Of a stretch of DNA of 64,000 bases, positions 9,263-18,916 are shown piece by piece; the first letter of the stretch is position 1; every line of letters starts with the position of its first letter. The position numbers and the translations under genes were made by a program. Where the stretch lies: contig DGVS01000007.1 in NCBI GenBank assembly GCA_002395065.1, positions 848-64,847 on the forward strand. Reading direction: 5' to 3'. Below the pieces are notes generated by a model. It worked only from the letters and a program-made list of their open reading frames with translations. It ran no database searches and had not been told where the DNA came from. The stretch is from Bacillales bacterium UBA4278 (lineage in GTDB: Bacteria; Bacillota_I; Bacilli_A; RFN20; CAG-826).

Positions 9263-9337
9263 GCACTCATACATCATAGTTGGCGTCCGAAACTTTGTTT
9301 TGTTACCAAACTATTTTCGAGAGTGTATAATAGGTGC

Positions 9338-10057
9338 ATGAGCGAAAAACTGTTAAGCGAAAAACAAATTAAGCGTCGTGTTCTTTGGGACAAGATTACT
9401 TTTGTTTTGGTCGCTGTATTCTTAGCGCTTAGTGCAGTTTTCTCCGTGACATTAATTTATCAAAAAACATATTTCGAGATTAAATGGATCAATGGACAAT
9501 CCATGTATCCAACTTTCAATAAAGATGCCGTTGATCGAAACGGAAAGCCAAAAGGTAAGACCGGTATGGGCGCCTTTAATGGTGATAAAAACTTTGATGT
9601 TGTTATTTGGGATGGTCATGAAGCTACAATGAACAAGATGGAACGTTTTGATGTTGTCATTCTTGCCAAAAACGATACCAAAGACCTTATTAAACGAGTT
9701 ATTGCTTTTCCAGGTGAAACGTTCTACTTTGGAAGCGGAGATGATAACGGTAATTTATATTTGCAAAATAACCAAGGATTGTTTGATTATGTCGAACAAC
9801 CTGTTGGAGAATCTTATATTCGTGAAGGTATTTATGATGGTTATCAAACTCCAACAACATTAGGACCAAACGAGTATTTTGTTTGTGGTGATAACCGTGG
9901 TCATTCGGATGATTCGAGATTTTTTGGTCCGATAGATCGAAGCAAAATTTTGGGTATTGTTGTTGCAGTGGTTGGAAAAGCCGATGCAATTCTTAATGAT
10001 GCTGGTTCACTTGTTTACACTAATCTTCGTATTGGCTGGCCGAGGTGGATTAAATGA
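9338..10057 (+). CDS. lepB: signal peptidase I
   Basis: 239 aa from ATG 9338; the ORF-track start at 9245 would run through the rplS terminator. It has one N-terminal TM and the S26 boxes GQSMYPTF, IKRVIAFPGE and GDNRGHSDDSRFFG. Confidence 0.9.
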   Translation: MSEKLLSEKQIKRRVLWDKITFVLVAVFLALSAVFSVTLIYQKTYFEIKWINGQSMYPTFNKDAVDRNGKPKGKTGMGAFNGDKNFDVVIWDGHEATMNKMERFDVVILAKNDTKDLIKRVIAFPGETFYFGSGDDNGNLYLQNNQGLFDYVEQPVGESYIREGIYDGYQTPTTLGPNEYFVCGDNRGHSDDSRFFGPIDRSKILGIVVAVVGKADAILNDAGSLVYTNLRIGWPRWIK

Positions 10058-10902
10058 GCCAACAAATTCATTGGTTCCCTGGGCACATGAAAAAAGCCCA
10101 GATTGAAATTGAAAAGAAAGTTAAACTTGTTGATTGTGTTATCGAACTTTTAGATGCTCGCATTCCATTAGCAAGTCGTAATGAGACTCTTTATAAGATT
10201 ACTCAGAGCAAACTTCGCTTAGTTGTTTTAACAAAGGCTGATTTGGCCGATGAAGAAGAAACCAAAAAATGGGAAATTTACTTTAAAAATGGCGGTTCTG
10301 CGGTGATTTTTGCAGATTTAAACAAATCTAACGATATCCAAAACATTATTAAAAATGTTGAAAAACTAGGTGAAGCAAAACAACAAAAACTAGTTTCTAA
10401 AGGAATGAAACCTCAGCCGATTCGTGCCATGATCATTGGTATTCCGAATGTTGGTAAATCAACTTTAATCAACAAACTATCAAAACGTCACTCAGCTTCT
10501 GTTCAAAATAAACCAGGACACACTAAGTCTCAACAATTAATAAAAGTATCAAACCGCTTTGAACTTCTTGATACTCCGGGAATACTACAGAATTCATATG
10601 AAGACAAAAATAAAGCAATGCTTTTAGCATTAACCGGTTCAATTAAAAGAGAAATTCTTCCAACTGAAGAAGTTGCTGAAGTTGCCTATAAATACATGCG
10701 TGAGTATTATTTTAAAAATTTAAAAGAGCGCTTTGTTTATTTAGAAGAGAACGATTCCTTTGTGGATGCATTTACAAAAATCGCCCGTTCTAGAGGCTAT
10801 TTAGCAAAAGGCGTGGAAGATACAGGCAAGGCCATGGAGGTCTTCTTAAACGAGCTCAAGAATGGCCAAATTGGGCGAGTTAGTTTTGAAAGAGCAAACT
10901 AA
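10054..10902 (+). CDS. rbgA: ribosome biogenesis GTPase A (YlqF/RbgA)
   Basis: 282 aa with WFPGHM and a circularly permuted GTPase motif order (LTKADL, GIPNVGKST, DTPG). Confidence 0.93.
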   Translation: MSQQIHWFPGHMKKAQIEIEKKVKLVDCVIELLDARIPLASRNETLYKITQSKLRLVVLTKADLADEEETKKWEIYFKNGGSAVIFADLNKSNDIQNIIKNVEKLGEAKQQKLVSKGMKPQPIRAMIIGIPNVGKSTLINKLSKRHSASVQNKPGHTKSQQLIKVSNRFELLDTPGILQNSYEDKNKAMLLALTGSIKREILPTEEVAEVAYKYMREYYFKNLKERFVYLEENDSFVDAFTKIARSRGYLAKGVEDTGKAMEVFLNELKNGQIGRVSFERAN

Positions 10903-10904
10903 AA

Positions 10905-11537
10905 ATGGGCTTAACTTACCAAGACCAATTTTATTCAGACAAAGTTCAATTAATTGTTGGAACAGATGAAGCTGGACGAGGACCTTTAGCTGGTCCTGTT
11001 GTTGCTGCTGCGGTTATACTTCCAAAGGATTATAAGAACGATAGAATCAATGATTCTAAACAACTGAGCGAAAAACAAAGAGAAGCATTATTTACCGAGA
11101 TACATGAACACGCTCTAGCGATTGGTGTTGGCGTTGTTAGTGCCGATGAAATTGATCAAATCAATATTTATGAAGCAGCGCGAAAAGCAATGAAACTTGC
11201 GATTGCTGATATGAAACATAGTTTTGATCTAGTTTTAACAGATTGTATGAAACTTCCTGGATACGATGTTCCGGTAATTGATATTGTTAAAGGTGATGCG
11301 AAGGCTTTACCGATTGCTGCAGCATCGATTATTGCAAAAGTTACACGTGATCGAATGATGGATGAACTCGATTCCCAATTCCCAAATTTTCATTTTTCAA
11401 AAAATAAAGGTTACGGAACCAAAGAACATTTGGACGCATTAAAAAAATTCGGCCCAATCGAGCATATTCATAGAAAAACTTTTAAACCTGTAGAAAAAAT
11501 CATCCATGGTGAGATGAATTTATTTGAAGACTTTTAA
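10905..11537 (+). CDS. rnhB: ribonuclease HII
   Basis: 210 aa with GTDEAGRGPLAGPVV, DSK and KGYGT motifs. Confidence 0.95.
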   Translation: MGLTYQDQFYSDKVQLIVGTDEAGRGPLAGPVVAAAVILPKDYKNDRINDSKQLSEKQREALFTEIHEHALAIGVGVVSADEIDQINIYEAARKAMKLAIADMKHSFDLVLTDCMKLPGYDVPVIDIVKGDAKALPIAAASIIAKVTRDRMMDELDSQFPNFHFSKNKGYGTKEHLDALKKFGPIEHIHRKTFKPVEKIIHGEMNLFEDF

Positions 11538-11594
11538 AACTTTTTGAAAATTTCCTTTCATTTTTGCGAATAAAGATAGTGAAAGGATTTTTTT

Positions 11595-12398
11595 ATGAAA
11601 GCTCGAAATATACTTATCTACTTATCCATGCTTTACAAGGGCGATTTTGATCGAATTTACTCGTCCTTAGTCAATCATGAAGACTTGCCATCTGACGAGG
11701 AAATGCAAGAAGTGATTAAGAAAGTTACATCACCTTGCATCACGATTCTGGATGAAGACTACCCAGAATATCTTAAGCAAAAGGTTTTTCATCCTCCTTT
11801 TGTTCTTTATTACTATGGAGACATCTCTCTTATTAAGGATGAAAATAAAAACATTGCCTTTATTGGTTCAAGAATGTGTTCTATTTATGGACAAAATATG
11901 ACTCAAAAAATTGTTTCGGAGGTCTCGGAAAAATATAACATCGTCTCGGGTTTAGCTAAAGGAATTGATTCATGCGCGCACGCTACGTGCATAAATAAAT
12001 TAGGAAAAACAATAGCGGTGCTTGGATCAGGAATTGATTATTGTTATCCGTCAAAGAATCAAGGGTTATATGAACAAATTAAGAAAAAAGGCCTGGTAAT
12101 TTCCGAATATCCTGTCGACACACCACCTTCAGCAAGAAATTTTCCAATGCGCAATCGTCTCATTGTTGGACTATCTCGCCTAATTGTTATCACCGAGGCT
12201 AACAAACATTCTGGAACACAGATTTCTACAGCTTTTGCCCTTCAATCAGGAAAGGATGTTTGTTGTGTTCCTTTTCCAGCGACAAAGAACTCTCTTTGTA
12301 ACCATTTAATTAAACAAGGAGCATACCTTGTTGAGGATGCAAAAGACATATTTGATGTGATTGAGTGGAGTGGTAGTGGTCCTCTTTTCAGCATCTAA
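11595..12398 (+). CDS. dprA: DNA processing protein DprA (short form)
   Basis: 267 aa with GSRMCS..YG, GLAKGIDSCAH, VLGSGIDYCYP and FPMRNRLI motifs. It sits in the conserved position before topA. Confidence 0.88.
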   Translation: MKARNILIYLSMLYKGDFDRIYSSLVNHEDLPSDEEMQEVIKKVTSPCITILDEDYPEYLKQKVFHPPFVLYYYGDISLIKDENKNIAFIGSRMCSIYGQNMTQKIVSEVSEKYNIVSGLAKGIDSCAHATCINKLGKTIAVLGSGIDYCYPSKNQGLYEQIKKKGLVISEYPVDTPPSARNFPMRNRLIVGLSRLIVITEANKHSGTQISTAFALQSGKDVCCVPFPATKNSLCNHLIKQGAYLVEDAKDIFDVIEWSGSGPLFSI

Positions 12399-12449
12399 AA
12401 AATATTAAAGAAATATATTTATTCTTTAATCAAATAAGGTGTTTGACTT

Positions 12450-14570
12450 ATGCGTACTAAACCAATATATTTTTATGGCGATATGAAGCTAGTTATTGTT
12501 GAATCACCAAACAAATGTCATACCATCCAACGCTACTTAGGCGATGAATATGTCGTCTTAGCTAGCAAGGGTCATATTAGAGATCTTTCCACTAGTGGAA
12601 AGGGTGGTTATGGTGTGGATGTAAATAACGATTTTAAAGCTTCTTATGTAATTACAAAATCAAAGTATCCAACCGTTAATGAACTCAAGAATGCTGCACG
12701 CCAAGCAGACGAAGTTCTGCTTGCAACCGACCCTGACCGAGAAGGGGAAGCGATCGCTTGGCACTTAACTCAAGTTTTAGGACTTGATCCTTTAACAACA
12801 AAACGTTTAGAGTTCCATGAAATTACACGCGCATCTATTAGTGAAGCAATTAAACATCCTCGCACAATTGATATGAATCTTGTTAACTCTCAAGAAACAC
12901 GTCGTATTATCGACCGTATCATGGGATTTAAATTATCTGGATTAGTTCAGAAAAAGATTAAATCTAAATCAGCTGGACGTGTCCAATCTGCGACTTTAAA
13001 AATGATTACAGATCACGATAAAGAAATTGCCGAATTTGTTCCTGAAGAATACTGGCGATTAGTTGTTGAATTTTCTAAAAATAACCGTAAATTCTCGGCT
13101 GAATTTGATAAATACGGTCAAATCAAAGAGATTCCAAATAAGGAAACGAATGACAAAATTCGTTCTGTGTTAGGAAAGGAAATTGTTGTTAAAGAAATTA
13201 AGAAAAGCGTAAAGAGTGTTGAATCCAAACCAGCCTTTACAACCTCATCTTTGCAACAAGAAGCATTTAACGTTTATCACTTCTCAACCAAGAAGACATC
13301 GGAACTCGCTCAAGAATTATATGAAGGTATCAATCTTGGAGATGAACATGTTGGTTTAATCACATATATTCGTACTGACTCAACGTATCTTTCTGATACT
13401 TTCGTTGAAAGAGCAACCAACTACATCACTGAAAAATTTGGTAAAGAATATGTTGGCAAGAGAAAAATCGTTAAACAAGCTCAAGCCCAAAACGCTCATG
13501 AAGCAATTCGTCCAACAAGTAATCATAGAACACCTGAATCAATTAAAGGAGCTTTGTTTGCAAATGCAAAATCAAAGGCAAACGATCTTTATAAACTATA
13601 TAAATTAATTTATGAACGAACGTTGGCTTCTTTAATGGTCGCTAAAAAGGAATCTGTTGAGAAAGTTACATTTGAATCAAACGGTGTTGAATTTAAATCT
13701 GAATACACTTCAACCATCTTTGATGGTTATACAAAGATTTATTCTGCTGAAAAGCAAGAGGAAAAAGCTAACCCAAAATTTGCTGAAGGCGAAAAACTTG
13801 AAATCATAAATATTGTTAATGAACAAAAATTTACTCAACCTCCAGCAAAACTTAATGAAGCAAAAGTTGTTAAGTTAATGGAAGAAAAAGGAATCGGACG
13901 TCCATCAACTTATGCCTCAACAATTGATACTTTATTAAAAAGAAAGTATATTGAGTCAAAACAAGGACAATTCGAGACAACCGAACAAGGCAAGAAAACT
14001 TCAATTGTTCTAAATAAATATTTCCCATCCTTAATCGATGTTAAATATACTGCTAATATGGAATCTTATCTGGATAAAATTCAGGAAGGCGACGTATCAA
14101 GAAGTGAAGTTCTTCATAAATTTTATGATGAGTTTATCAAAATCGCTGAAGATGCTAGCAAAAAAATGTATAAAGATGAAGATGTACCAATTGGCCGTAA
14201 ATGTCCAAAATGTGGTGCTGAACTCGTAATGAAAAAAGGTAAGTTCGGAGACTTCATCGGATGCTCGAATTTCCCAGAATGTGACTATTGCGAAAACGAA
14301 ACCCAACTCGAATATACTGGTGAGAATTGTCCAGTATGCGGTAAACCTTTGGTTTATAGACGTAGTAAAAAAGGCAAAAAATTTATTGCTTGCTCCAACT
14401 ATCCACATTGCGATTACATCAAAAGTGAAAAGAAACCACTCGAGGTTGTTGGTAAGTGTCCAGAATGTGGCGGAGATCTTGTAAAAAGAAAAGCTCGTGG
14501 TCGCGAAATCATTGGCTGTTCAAACTATCCAAGATGTCATCACATTGAATATCCGAAAAAGTCGAGTTAA
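12450..14570 (+). CDS. topA: DNA topoisomerase I
   Basis: 706 aa with a TOPRIM domain (LVIVESPNK, ATDPDREGEAIAWH), the active-site region ITYIRTDS, and three C-terminal CPxCG...C zinc ribbons. SD AAGGTG lies 8 nt before ATG 12450. Confidence 0.95.
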   Translation: MRTKPIYFYGDMKLVIVESPNKCHTIQRYLGDEYVVLASKGHIRDLSTSGKGGYGVDVNNDFKASYVITKSKYPTVNELKNAARQADEVLLATDPDREGEAIAWHLTQVLGLDPLTTKRLEFHEITRASISEAIKHPRTIDMNLVNSQETRRIIDRIMGFKLSGLVQKKIKSKSAGRVQSATLKMITDHDKEIAEFVPEEYWRLVVEFSKNNRKFSAEFDKYGQIKEIPNKETNDKIRSVLGKEIVVKEIKKSVKSVESKPAFTTSSLQQEAFNVYHFSTKKTSELAQELYEGINLGDEHVGLITYIRTDSTYLSDTFVERATNYITEKFGKEYVGKRKIVKQAQAQNAHEAIRPTSNHRTPESIKGALFANAKSKANDLYKLYKLIYERTLASLMVAKKESVEKVTFESNGVEFKSEYTSTIFDGYTKIYSAEKQEEKANPKFAEGEKLEIINIVNEQKFTQPPAKLNEAKVVKLMEEKGIGRPSTYASTIDTLLKRKYIESKQGQFETTEQGKKTSIVLNKYFPSLIDVKYTANMESYLDKIQEGDVSRSEVLHKFYDEFIKIAEDASKKMYKDEDVPIGRKCPKCGAELVMKKGKFGDFIGCSNFPECDYCENETQLEYTGENCPVCGKPLVYRRSKKGKKFIACSNYPHCDYIKSEKKPLEVVGKCPECGGDLVKRKARGREIIGCSNYPRCHHIEYPKKSS

Positions 14571-14586
14571 TTCTCGGCTTTTTTGT
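14556..14586 (+). terminator. rho-independent terminator spanning the topA stop
   Basis: Stem aaaaagtcgag pairs with ctcggcttttt around the loop ttaatt. Confidence 0.65.
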
Positions 14587-14598
14587 TATAATACTCGC

Positions 14599-15885
14599 AT
14601 GAAAAAGGTGAATGTTATTGGCGGTGGATTAGCAGGGTCAGAAGCATGTTATTTTTTGCTAAAACAAGGATATGAAGTACACCTTTATGAGAAAAGACCA
14701 AACGAAATGACGCCAGCCCATCATACCGGTTTATTTGGCGAACTTGTTTGTTCAAATTCTCTTAAGTCAAAAAGACTTGATAATGCATGTGGATTGCTCA
14801 AAGAAGAGATGCGCCATCTCGGCTCAATTATGATGGAAGCAGCTCTTAAAACCGAGGTTCCTAGTGGAAATGCTTTAAGTGTAGATCGTGAGAGATTTGC
14901 AGAGAAAATCACCGCAATTCTCGGTTCTTTTTCTAATTTTCATGTACATCATGAAGATGTTAAAGAACCAAAAGAAGGTGTGACAATTATTGCAACTGGT
15001 CCTTTAACTAGTGAAGGTTTAGCGTCATATTTAATGAAGCAAGTTGGACAGGAGTCTTTGTTCTTCTTTGATGCCTCGGCACCAATTGTAAAACGCGAAT
15101 CTATTAACATGGAAATTGCTTACAAAAAAGCACGCTATGACCAAGGCGATGACTCATACATTAACTGCCCGTTTTCCGAAGAACAATACAACAAATTTTA
15201 TGATGAATTAACTCATGCTGAATTAGCAATGGTCCATGATTTTGATAAAAACTATTTTGAAGGTTGTATGCCGATTGAAGTTATGGCTAAAAGAGGCCGT
15301 GACACACTTCGATACGGGCCTATGAAACCAAAAGGTTTACAAATGATGGATAGACCAAAAGCCTATGCAGTGGTTCAATTAAGACAAGATAATCAGTTTG
15401 GTGACCTTTACAATATTGTGGGATTTCAGACGAATTTAACTTACCCAGAACAAAAACGTGTCTTTAGAATGATACCTGGTTTAGAAAAAGCAGAGTTCGT
15501 ACGTTATGGTTTAATGCACAAAAACATGTATTTGTGTTCTCCGTTAATTCTCAATGACAAGCTTGAAATGAAAACAAATCCGAATGTGTTTTTGGCTGGT
15601 CAATTAATTGGTGTTGAAGGTTATGTTGAATCGGCTGCAATGGGTATTCTTGCCGCAATTTACGCTTATGAAAAAATGGAAAATAAACAGTTTCCAGAAC
15701 TTCCAATTAATACAATGATTGGTTCGTTAAAGAATTATGTAATTAATGCAAATCCTAAAGATTTTTCACCAATGAACGCAAATTTCGGTATTTTTTACGG
15801 AGCATCAAATCACTCTCGTGAAGAGCTTGTTAATCAGTCATTAAAACTCATTGATGAGTGGAAAGAAAAACTAAATGTTAAGTGA
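14599..15885 (+). CDS. trmFO: methylenetetrahydrofolate--tRNA-(uracil54-C5)-methyltransferase TrmFO (Gid)
   Basis: 428 aa from ATG 14599 beginning [16 protein letters not shown]. The ORF-track start at 14497 lies inside topA and its terminator. TGtTATAAT sits 6 nt upstream. Confidence 0.93.
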   Translation: MKKVNVIGGGLAGSEACYFLLKQGYEVHLYEKRPNEMTPAHHTGLFGELVCSNSLKSKRLDNACGLLKEEMRHLGSIMMEAALKTEVPSGNALSVDRERFAEKITAILGSFSNFHVHHEDVKEPKEGVTIIATGPLTSEGLASYLMKQVGQESLFFFDASAPIVKRESINMEIAYKKARYDQGDDSYINCPFSEEQYNKFYDELTHAELAMVHDFDKNYFEGCMPIEVMAKRGRDTLRYGPMKPKGLQMMDRPKAYAVVQLRQDNQFGDLYNIVGFQTNLTYPEQKRVFRMIPGLEKAEFVRYGLMHKNMYLCSPLILNDKLEMKTNPNVFLAGQLIGVEGYVESAAMGILAAIYAYEKMENKQFPELPINTMIGSLKNYVINANPKDFSPMNANFGIFYGASNHSREELVNQSLKLIDEWKEKLNVK

Positions 15886-16783
15886 GATAAAAGACTTTCT
15901 TGATCACCTTCAGTTTGACCATGGTTATTCTTTAAAAACTGTCGAATCATATGGAAGGGATATTGAACAGTTTTATAAACTCATTTTTGAACAAGGCGTT
16001 GATATAACCGATGTTGATGCCGGAATTATTCGTAACTACTTGTCTCAATTAATGATGAACGGTATTTCAAAGCGTTCATGTCAAAGAAAAGTAGCTGCTT
16101 TGAGACATTATTATTCTTATTTGCTAAACAAAAACATCGTGGAAGATAATCCTTTTTTATACATTGATCCATTAAAGCAAGAAAAGCGCCTTCCAAGCGT
16201 TTTGTATTTGGAGCAAATCGAAGAAGTATTTAAAAGAAATAGAGAAAGAAACGACACTTTAATGTGGCGGGATCAGGCCATTTTAGAACTTCTTTATGCA
16301 ACGGGTGTTCGTGCTAGTGAATTTGTTAACATTCGAATCCGTGATGTTGATTTAAAGCAAAGAACCATTCGAATTATGGGCAAAGGAAGAAAGGAAAGAA
16401 TGGTCGTTTTTTCTCAATCTAGCAAAGAGACATTAGAACACTATTTAGATGATGTTCGTCCAGGAATTGCTGGTAAAAATCATTTAGAATTCAATAATGA
16501 ATATTTATTTTTAAACGCCAGTGGAGAAAAACTAACTGTCCGTGGTTTGCAGTATATTTTAGAAGATATCGAAAAGAAAATTGGCACAAATTATGGTCTT
16601 CACCCACACATCTTTCGTCACTCATTCGCAACCCACTTGCTTGAAGGTGGTGCAGACCTCCGAGTTATTCAAGAATTACTCGGGCACGAATCTTTGAATA
16701 CAACACAGATTTATACACATGTTTCTGAAGAACAGATTTTAGACCAATTTCACGCTCACCATCCTCGTGCTCATAAAAAATAA
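15875..16783 (+). CDS. xerC: tyrosine recombinase XerC (CodV-like)
   Basis: 302 aa with [36 protein letters not shown] catalytic residues. It lies in the conserved topA-trmFO-xerC context. Confidence 0.88.
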   Translation: MLSEIKDFLDHLQFDHGYSLKTVESYGRDIEQFYKLIFEQGVDITDVDAGIIRNYLSQLMMNGISKRSCQRKVAALRHYYSYLLNKNIVEDNPFLYIDPLKQEKRLPSVLYLEQIEEVFKRNRERNDTLMWRDQAILELLYATGVRASEFVNIRIRDVDLKQRTIRIMGKGRKERMVVFSQSSKETLEHYLDDVRPGIAGKNHLEFNNEYLFLNASGEKLTVRGLQYILEDIEKKIGTNYGLHPHIFRHSFATHLLEGGADLRVIQELLGHESLNTTQIYTHVSEEQILDQFHAHHPRAHKK

Positions 16784-16810
16784 TAAGATATTATTTGTCT
16801 ACTAATAAGC

Positions 16811-16843
16811 AGAGTGTTAGAATAATCACACTCTTTTTATTTT
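16811..16843 (+). terminator. rho-independent terminator after xerC
   Basis: Stem agagtgt (16811-16817) pairs with acactct (16828-16834), followed by TTTTTATTTT. Confidence 0.7.
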
Positions 16844-16874
16844 ATAGAAAGAGTAAATACGCACATCACGGATT

Positions 16875-16911
16875 CAACTTCCGAGTCTCTAGTCGCTCTA
16901 GGGGGAAGTTG
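16875..16911 (+). promoter_or_regulatory. stem-loop in the rpsB 5' leader (candidate S2 autoregulatory element)
   Basis: An 8-bp stem, caacttcc (16875-16882) with ggaagttg (16904-16911). It is followed by the duplicated 7-mer atggagg at 16921 and 16938, the second copy supplying the SD. Confidence 0.3.
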
Positions 16912-16951
16912 TTCGAAATGATGGAGGCTTAAAACAAATGGAGGTTCTTAA

Positions 16952-18028
16952 ATGAACGAAGAAAAGAAAGTTTCTGAAGCTGTTGAAGTAGCGGCTCCAG
17001 AAGAAAATGTCATGGAAATGGTCATGCACGATAAAGATGCCAAGATCATCACCATGCGCAAACTACTTGAAGGTGGTGTTCACTATGGACACAACACCCG
17101 TAAATGGAACCCAAAAATGGGTAAATTCATCTACGGTGCTCGTAATGGTATTTACCTCATCGACTTAAACAAGTCTCTTGTTAAAGCCGAAGAAGCTTAC
17201 CTTGCTCTTAAGAGCATTGTTGACGAAAATGGTAAAGCATTATTCGTTGGTATCAAGCCACAATGCAAAGCCATCGTTGAAGAACAAGCATTACGTTCTG
17301 GTTCCTTCTACATTACTAATCGTTGGTTAGGTGGAACACTTACAAACTTCAAAACCATTCAATCACGTATCCGTCGCTTGAAAGAATTAGAAGCCATGGA
17401 ACTTGATGGTAGTCTTGAAAAGTTACCAAAGAAAGAAGTCGCTCTTCTTAAGAAGGAAAAAGACAAACTATCTAAGAACTTAGAAGGTATCAAGGAAATG
17501 CGTAAGCTTCCAAACGCTGTCATCGTCTGTGATCCAGCCGTTGAACACACAGCTGTTGCTGAAGCTCGTAAATTACACATTCCAGTGTTTGGTTTAGCCG
17601 ACACAACTTGTGACCCAGATGTCTTAGATTTCCCAATTCCAGCCAATGACGATGCGACAAGATCCGTTTCCTTAATTATTGGATTACTTGCTGACGCCAT
17701 CGTTGAATCAAAGGGCGGAATTACTGTCATTGCTTACACTAAAGATGAAGGCGAAGAAGTAACAATGAAAGACGCTGTCCGTCAAGCGGATAAAGAAAAC
17801 GCCGAAAGAATTGCTGCCATTCGCAAAGCTCGTCAAGAAAAGCAAGAACGTATGGAAAAATACCAAGCCATGAAGAAGGCTCAACGTGAAGAAGCTGCTA
17901 AAGCAGCTGCTGCTTCACAAGAAGCAAAAGCAGAAGAAAAACCAGCTGAAGCTGCAAAAGCTCCAGCCAAAAAAGCTCCAGCCAAAAAAGCCCCAAAAGC
18001 TGAAGAAAAACCAGCAGAAGGAAAATAA
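16952..18028 (+). CDS. rpsB: 30S ribosomal protein S2 with N- and C-terminal extensions
   Basis: 358 aa with the core GVHYGHNTRKWNPKM. GGAGG lies 7 nt upstream. The C-terminal stretch of about 100 aa is a K/A/E/P-rich low-complexity tail. Confidence 0.95.
   Translation: MNEEKKVSEAVEVAAPEENVMEMVMHDKDAKIITMRKLLEGGVHYGHNTRKWNPKMGKFIYGARNGIYLIDLNKSLVKAEEAYLALKSIVDENGKALFVGIKPQCKAIVEEQALRSGSFYITNRWLGGTLTNFKTIQSRIRRLKELEAMELDGSLEKLPKKEVALLKKEKDKLSKNLEGIKEMRKLPNAVIVCDPAVEHTAVAEARKLHIPVFGLADTTCDPDVLDFPIPANDDATRSVSLIIGLLADAIVESKGGITVIAYTKDEGEEVTMKDAVRQADKENAERIAAIRKARQEKQERMEKYQAMKKAQREEAAKAAAASQEAKAEEKPAEAAKAPAKKAPAKKAPKAEEKPAEGK
17960..17989 (+). repeat. in-frame tandem 15-bp repeat (gctccagccaaaaaa x2, plus a degenerate third copy) encoding APAKK units in the S2 tail
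   Basis: Exact copies at 17960-17974 and 17975-17989. Confidence 0.85.
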
Positions 18029-18030
18029 TT

Positions 18031-18897
18031 ATGGCAAGCATGATTGAACTAATTAAAGAACTTCGTGAACGTACTGGCGCAGGCATGATGGACTGCAAGC
18101 ACGCCCTTGAAGAAAGTAACTCCGATGTTGAAAAAGCTATCGACTGGTTACGTCAAAAGGGTATTGCTAAGGCCCAAGCCAAAGCATCACGTATTGCCGC
18201 TGAAGGTTTAGCTGAAGTTCAAGTTGCTGGCAATAAAGCCATCATCTGCGAAATTAACTGCGAAACTGACTTCGTTTCTAAAGGTGAAAAATTCCATGCT
18301 TTAGTTCGCGAATCGGCCAAAGTTACTTTAGAAAAAGGCTGTGCTTCTTTAGAAGAAGCCAAAGAAGCTACCAAAGCTTTATTCACTGATGCGACTGTTT
18401 CAATGGGTGAAAAACTCGATTATCGTCGTTTTGAAATCGTTGAAAAGAAAGCTGGTGAAGGATTTGGTGCTTATATCCACATGGGTGGTAAAATTGCAAC
18501 TTTAGTTGTCCTTGATAAAGAAGATCCTGAATTTGCAAAAGGATTAGCGATGCATATTGCTGCAAATGCGCCAAAGTATATTGCTGAAGAAGACATTCCA
18601 GCAGAAGTGATTGCTCACGAAAAGGGAATTGCTTTAGAAAATATCAAAGCCGATCCAAAGATGGCTGGTAAACCAGCCCAAATGCTTGAAGGTATCGTTA
18701 ACGGAAAGGTGAAAAAACTTCTTGCTGAATCCGTTTTAGGTAGCCAAGCATACTTACTCGATGGTGAAAAGAGCGTTGCTCAAGTAGCCAAAGAAAAAGG
18801 AATTAAGATTGTTAAATTCATTCGTTACTCTGTTGGTGAAGGAATTGAAAAACGCAAAGATAACTTCGCTGAAGAAGTCATGAAGGAAATTAAGTAA
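18031..18897 (+). CDS. tsf: elongation factor Ts
   Basis: 288 aa containing IKELRERTGAGMMDCKHAL. Confidence 0.97.
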   Translation: MASMIELIKELRERTGAGMMDCKHALEESNSDVEKAIDWLRQKGIAKAQAKASRIAAEGLAEVQVAGNKAIICEINCETDFVSKGEKFHALVRESAKVTLEKGCASLEEAKEATKALFTDATVSMGEKLDYRRFEIVEKKAGEGFGAYIHMGGKIATLVVLDKEDPEFAKGLAMHIAANAPKYIAEEDIPAEVIAHEKGIALENIKADPKMAGKPAQMLEGIVNGKVKKLLAESVLGSQAYLLDGEKSVAQVAKEKGIKIVKFIRYSVGEGIEKRKDNFAEEVMKEIK

Positions 18898-18916
18898 TCA
18901 ATAAAGGAGCCAAAAG

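Noticed and set aside
9245-9337. Longer N-terminal extensions suggested by the ORF track for lepB (9245), trmFO (14497), frr (19587), the membrane protein (32575), NUDIX (40312), deoD (40973), the NERD-like gene (41688), the membrane protein (47778) and giant protein 2 (52966).
   Set aside because: The extensions run through upstream terminators or the preceding gene, and several start at non-ATG codons. They add non-conserved residues ahead of canonical N-termini. Internal ATGs have an SD or a -10 box at the proper distance.
12450-12483. Alternative topA start at ATG 12483 (MKLVIVESPNK).
   Set aside because: ATG 12450 has a good AAGGTG SD at 8-nt spacing, while 12483 has none. I kept 12450, but the 11-aa difference is unresolved.
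15875-16783. The tyrosine recombinase as an integrase marking a mobile element.
   Set aside because: It sits in the conserved topA-trmFO-xerC housekeeping context and overlaps trmFO by 11 nt. No flanking repeats or cargo genes are present. It is the chromosomal XerC/CodV.
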